Source of the DNA: Fonticula alba ATCC 38817
Lineage: Eukaryota; Protista; Nucleariida
Reading direction: 5' to 3' (one strand)
Assembly (NCBI GenBank): GCA_000388065.2
Contig: KB932213.1
Length of the DNA: 7,389 bases
Each line of letters opens with the position of its first letter. The first letter of the stretch is position 1. Below, piece by piece: positions 6,546 to 7,389 of the stretch. Under the pieces are notes generated by a model, which saw only the letters and a list, made by a program, of their open reading frames with translations, was not told the DNA's origin and did no database searches. The translations under genes and the position numbers were made by a program.

Positions 6546-7279
6546 TCCCCGGGCGGGAGCAACCAGCCCGGCCCCGCAGTGTCCGGGGCCGGGGCGCTCT
6601 CCGGCCATCAGGGCAGCGGCACCGGCCCGCCGGGCCCCGGTGCATCGCCCGAGCAGGCAGCCCCACCGGCCCGGCATCCACCGGGGCCGCCTGTCGGCCC
6701 GGGGCCCGCCCTATGCAAGGTGGCCTCTCGGGCAGGTGGGCCGGGCAAGGAGCGAAAGCCGATACCAACACGGTAGAGCGCGGCCGGAGGACCGAACGAC
6801 CGGGTGCATGGGGAGCACCGGCGGCCACCCGGCGCTGGCCAGCCCGCCCGAACCTCCGCAGCGAGAGGCGCGTCTCCCCTTGTACCGGGCGCCGGTGTCT
6901 GCCGGGGGATGGGGCGCCCTGCGCGCCGCGGATTTCCCGGGCCACGGCCAGGCCCTGCCGCCGGGCCGCAGCGAGGATGCTACCGAGTGGCGGCCCCCAT
7001 CCCCGCCGCGTGCGCACGCGCATCGCCAGCCAAGACGCCGCCATCGACCGCGAGCACCCCCTGGCGCCGGGCCAGCGCGCCGCGGCACCGAGCGCAGACC
7101 GAGGCGCCGGCCTCATCGCCGCGAACGCCGGGGGCGGGTCGGACTCCTGGGCCGGCTAGCCGCGCGTCCTCCTGGCCCGGATGGGCGACTCGCGCACCCG
7201 GGCCCCGGCCCGATCGCCACAGAGGGCGGGGCAGGGACACAAGTTGGCCCGGCGCGGCGGCGGCCCCAATGTGCGCGGG

Positions 7280-7303
7280 CCCCCCCCCCCCCACCCCCCA
7301 CCC
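7280..7303 (-). repeat. C13-A-C6-A-C3 tract (G-quadruplex-type motif on the minus strand)
   Basis: The minus strand reads GGG-T-G6-T-G13. Confidence 0.75.
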
Positions 7304-7389
7304 GGGTATCTGCCCCGCATGCATGGGGGCACGCATGCCCCGACGGGCGCCTCGCAGTCCACCCGCAAGGGCGTTCAGGAGCGCGGGCG

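Noticed and set aside
3326-6677. Minus-strand ORFs 3326-5722 (798 aa) and 4689-6677 (662 aa)
   Set aside because: Low-complexity translations that cross the AT-rich 3' island and the homopolymers; stop codons are rare at this GC content.
6395-6900. MORN-repeat-like words on the minus strand (GMARGVAICRWSDGSRRGPW; DTGARYKG)
   Set aside because: Single degenerate matches in different frames, with no tandem 23-aa periodicity.
6901-6960. ADFPGHGQ in + frame 1, resembling an alpha/beta-hydrolase DxxGxG motif or a degenerate FG-GAP loop
   Set aside because: No oxyanion HG motif, nucleophile GxSxG motif or 63-aa periodic partner in frame.
4925-7159. Downstream kinase exons for the receptor (HRD in ORF 5731-6288; GQVYK in ORF 6480-6776)
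   Set aside because: Isolated short matches in the wrong order, with no VAIK, HRDLK..N, DFG or APE context; an AATAAA already closes the gene.
7311-7341. Mutually exclusive hairpins (TGCCCC / GGGGCA / TGCCCC)
   Set aside because: Only 6-bp stems, expected by chance at this GC content.

Overview
Very GC-rich eukaryotic genomic scaffold, roughly 75% GC by eye, with two N gaps. It holds one clear gene on the + strand (26-4825) encoding a type I membrane protein. From N to C terminus: a long signal peptide, a beta-propeller-like region with four FG-GAP/VCBS-type motifs spaced 63-64 aa apart, an EGF-like module, about 16 furin-like 8-Cys repeats, a Gly/Ser linker, one transmembrane helix with GxxxGxxxG, and a 42-aa tail with no kinase domain. 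The 1599-aa ORF in the track is not the real protein. A phase-1 intron starts at 1449 (GTGCGT) and a phase-1 acceptor lies at 2053-2054, so the 516-N gap is intronic or hides extra exons. A perfect 95-bp duplication flanks the 10-N gap. An AATAAA signal in a short AT-rich island follows the stop codon. The remaining 2.5 kb has no supportable gene: only G/C homopolymers, microsatellites, CATG clusters and one good-looking minus-strand 3' splice site. Architecture, GC content and intron signals resemble what I recall of the expanded Cys-rich receptor family of the aggregative holomycotan amoeba Fonticula alba; this is an inference, not a database result.
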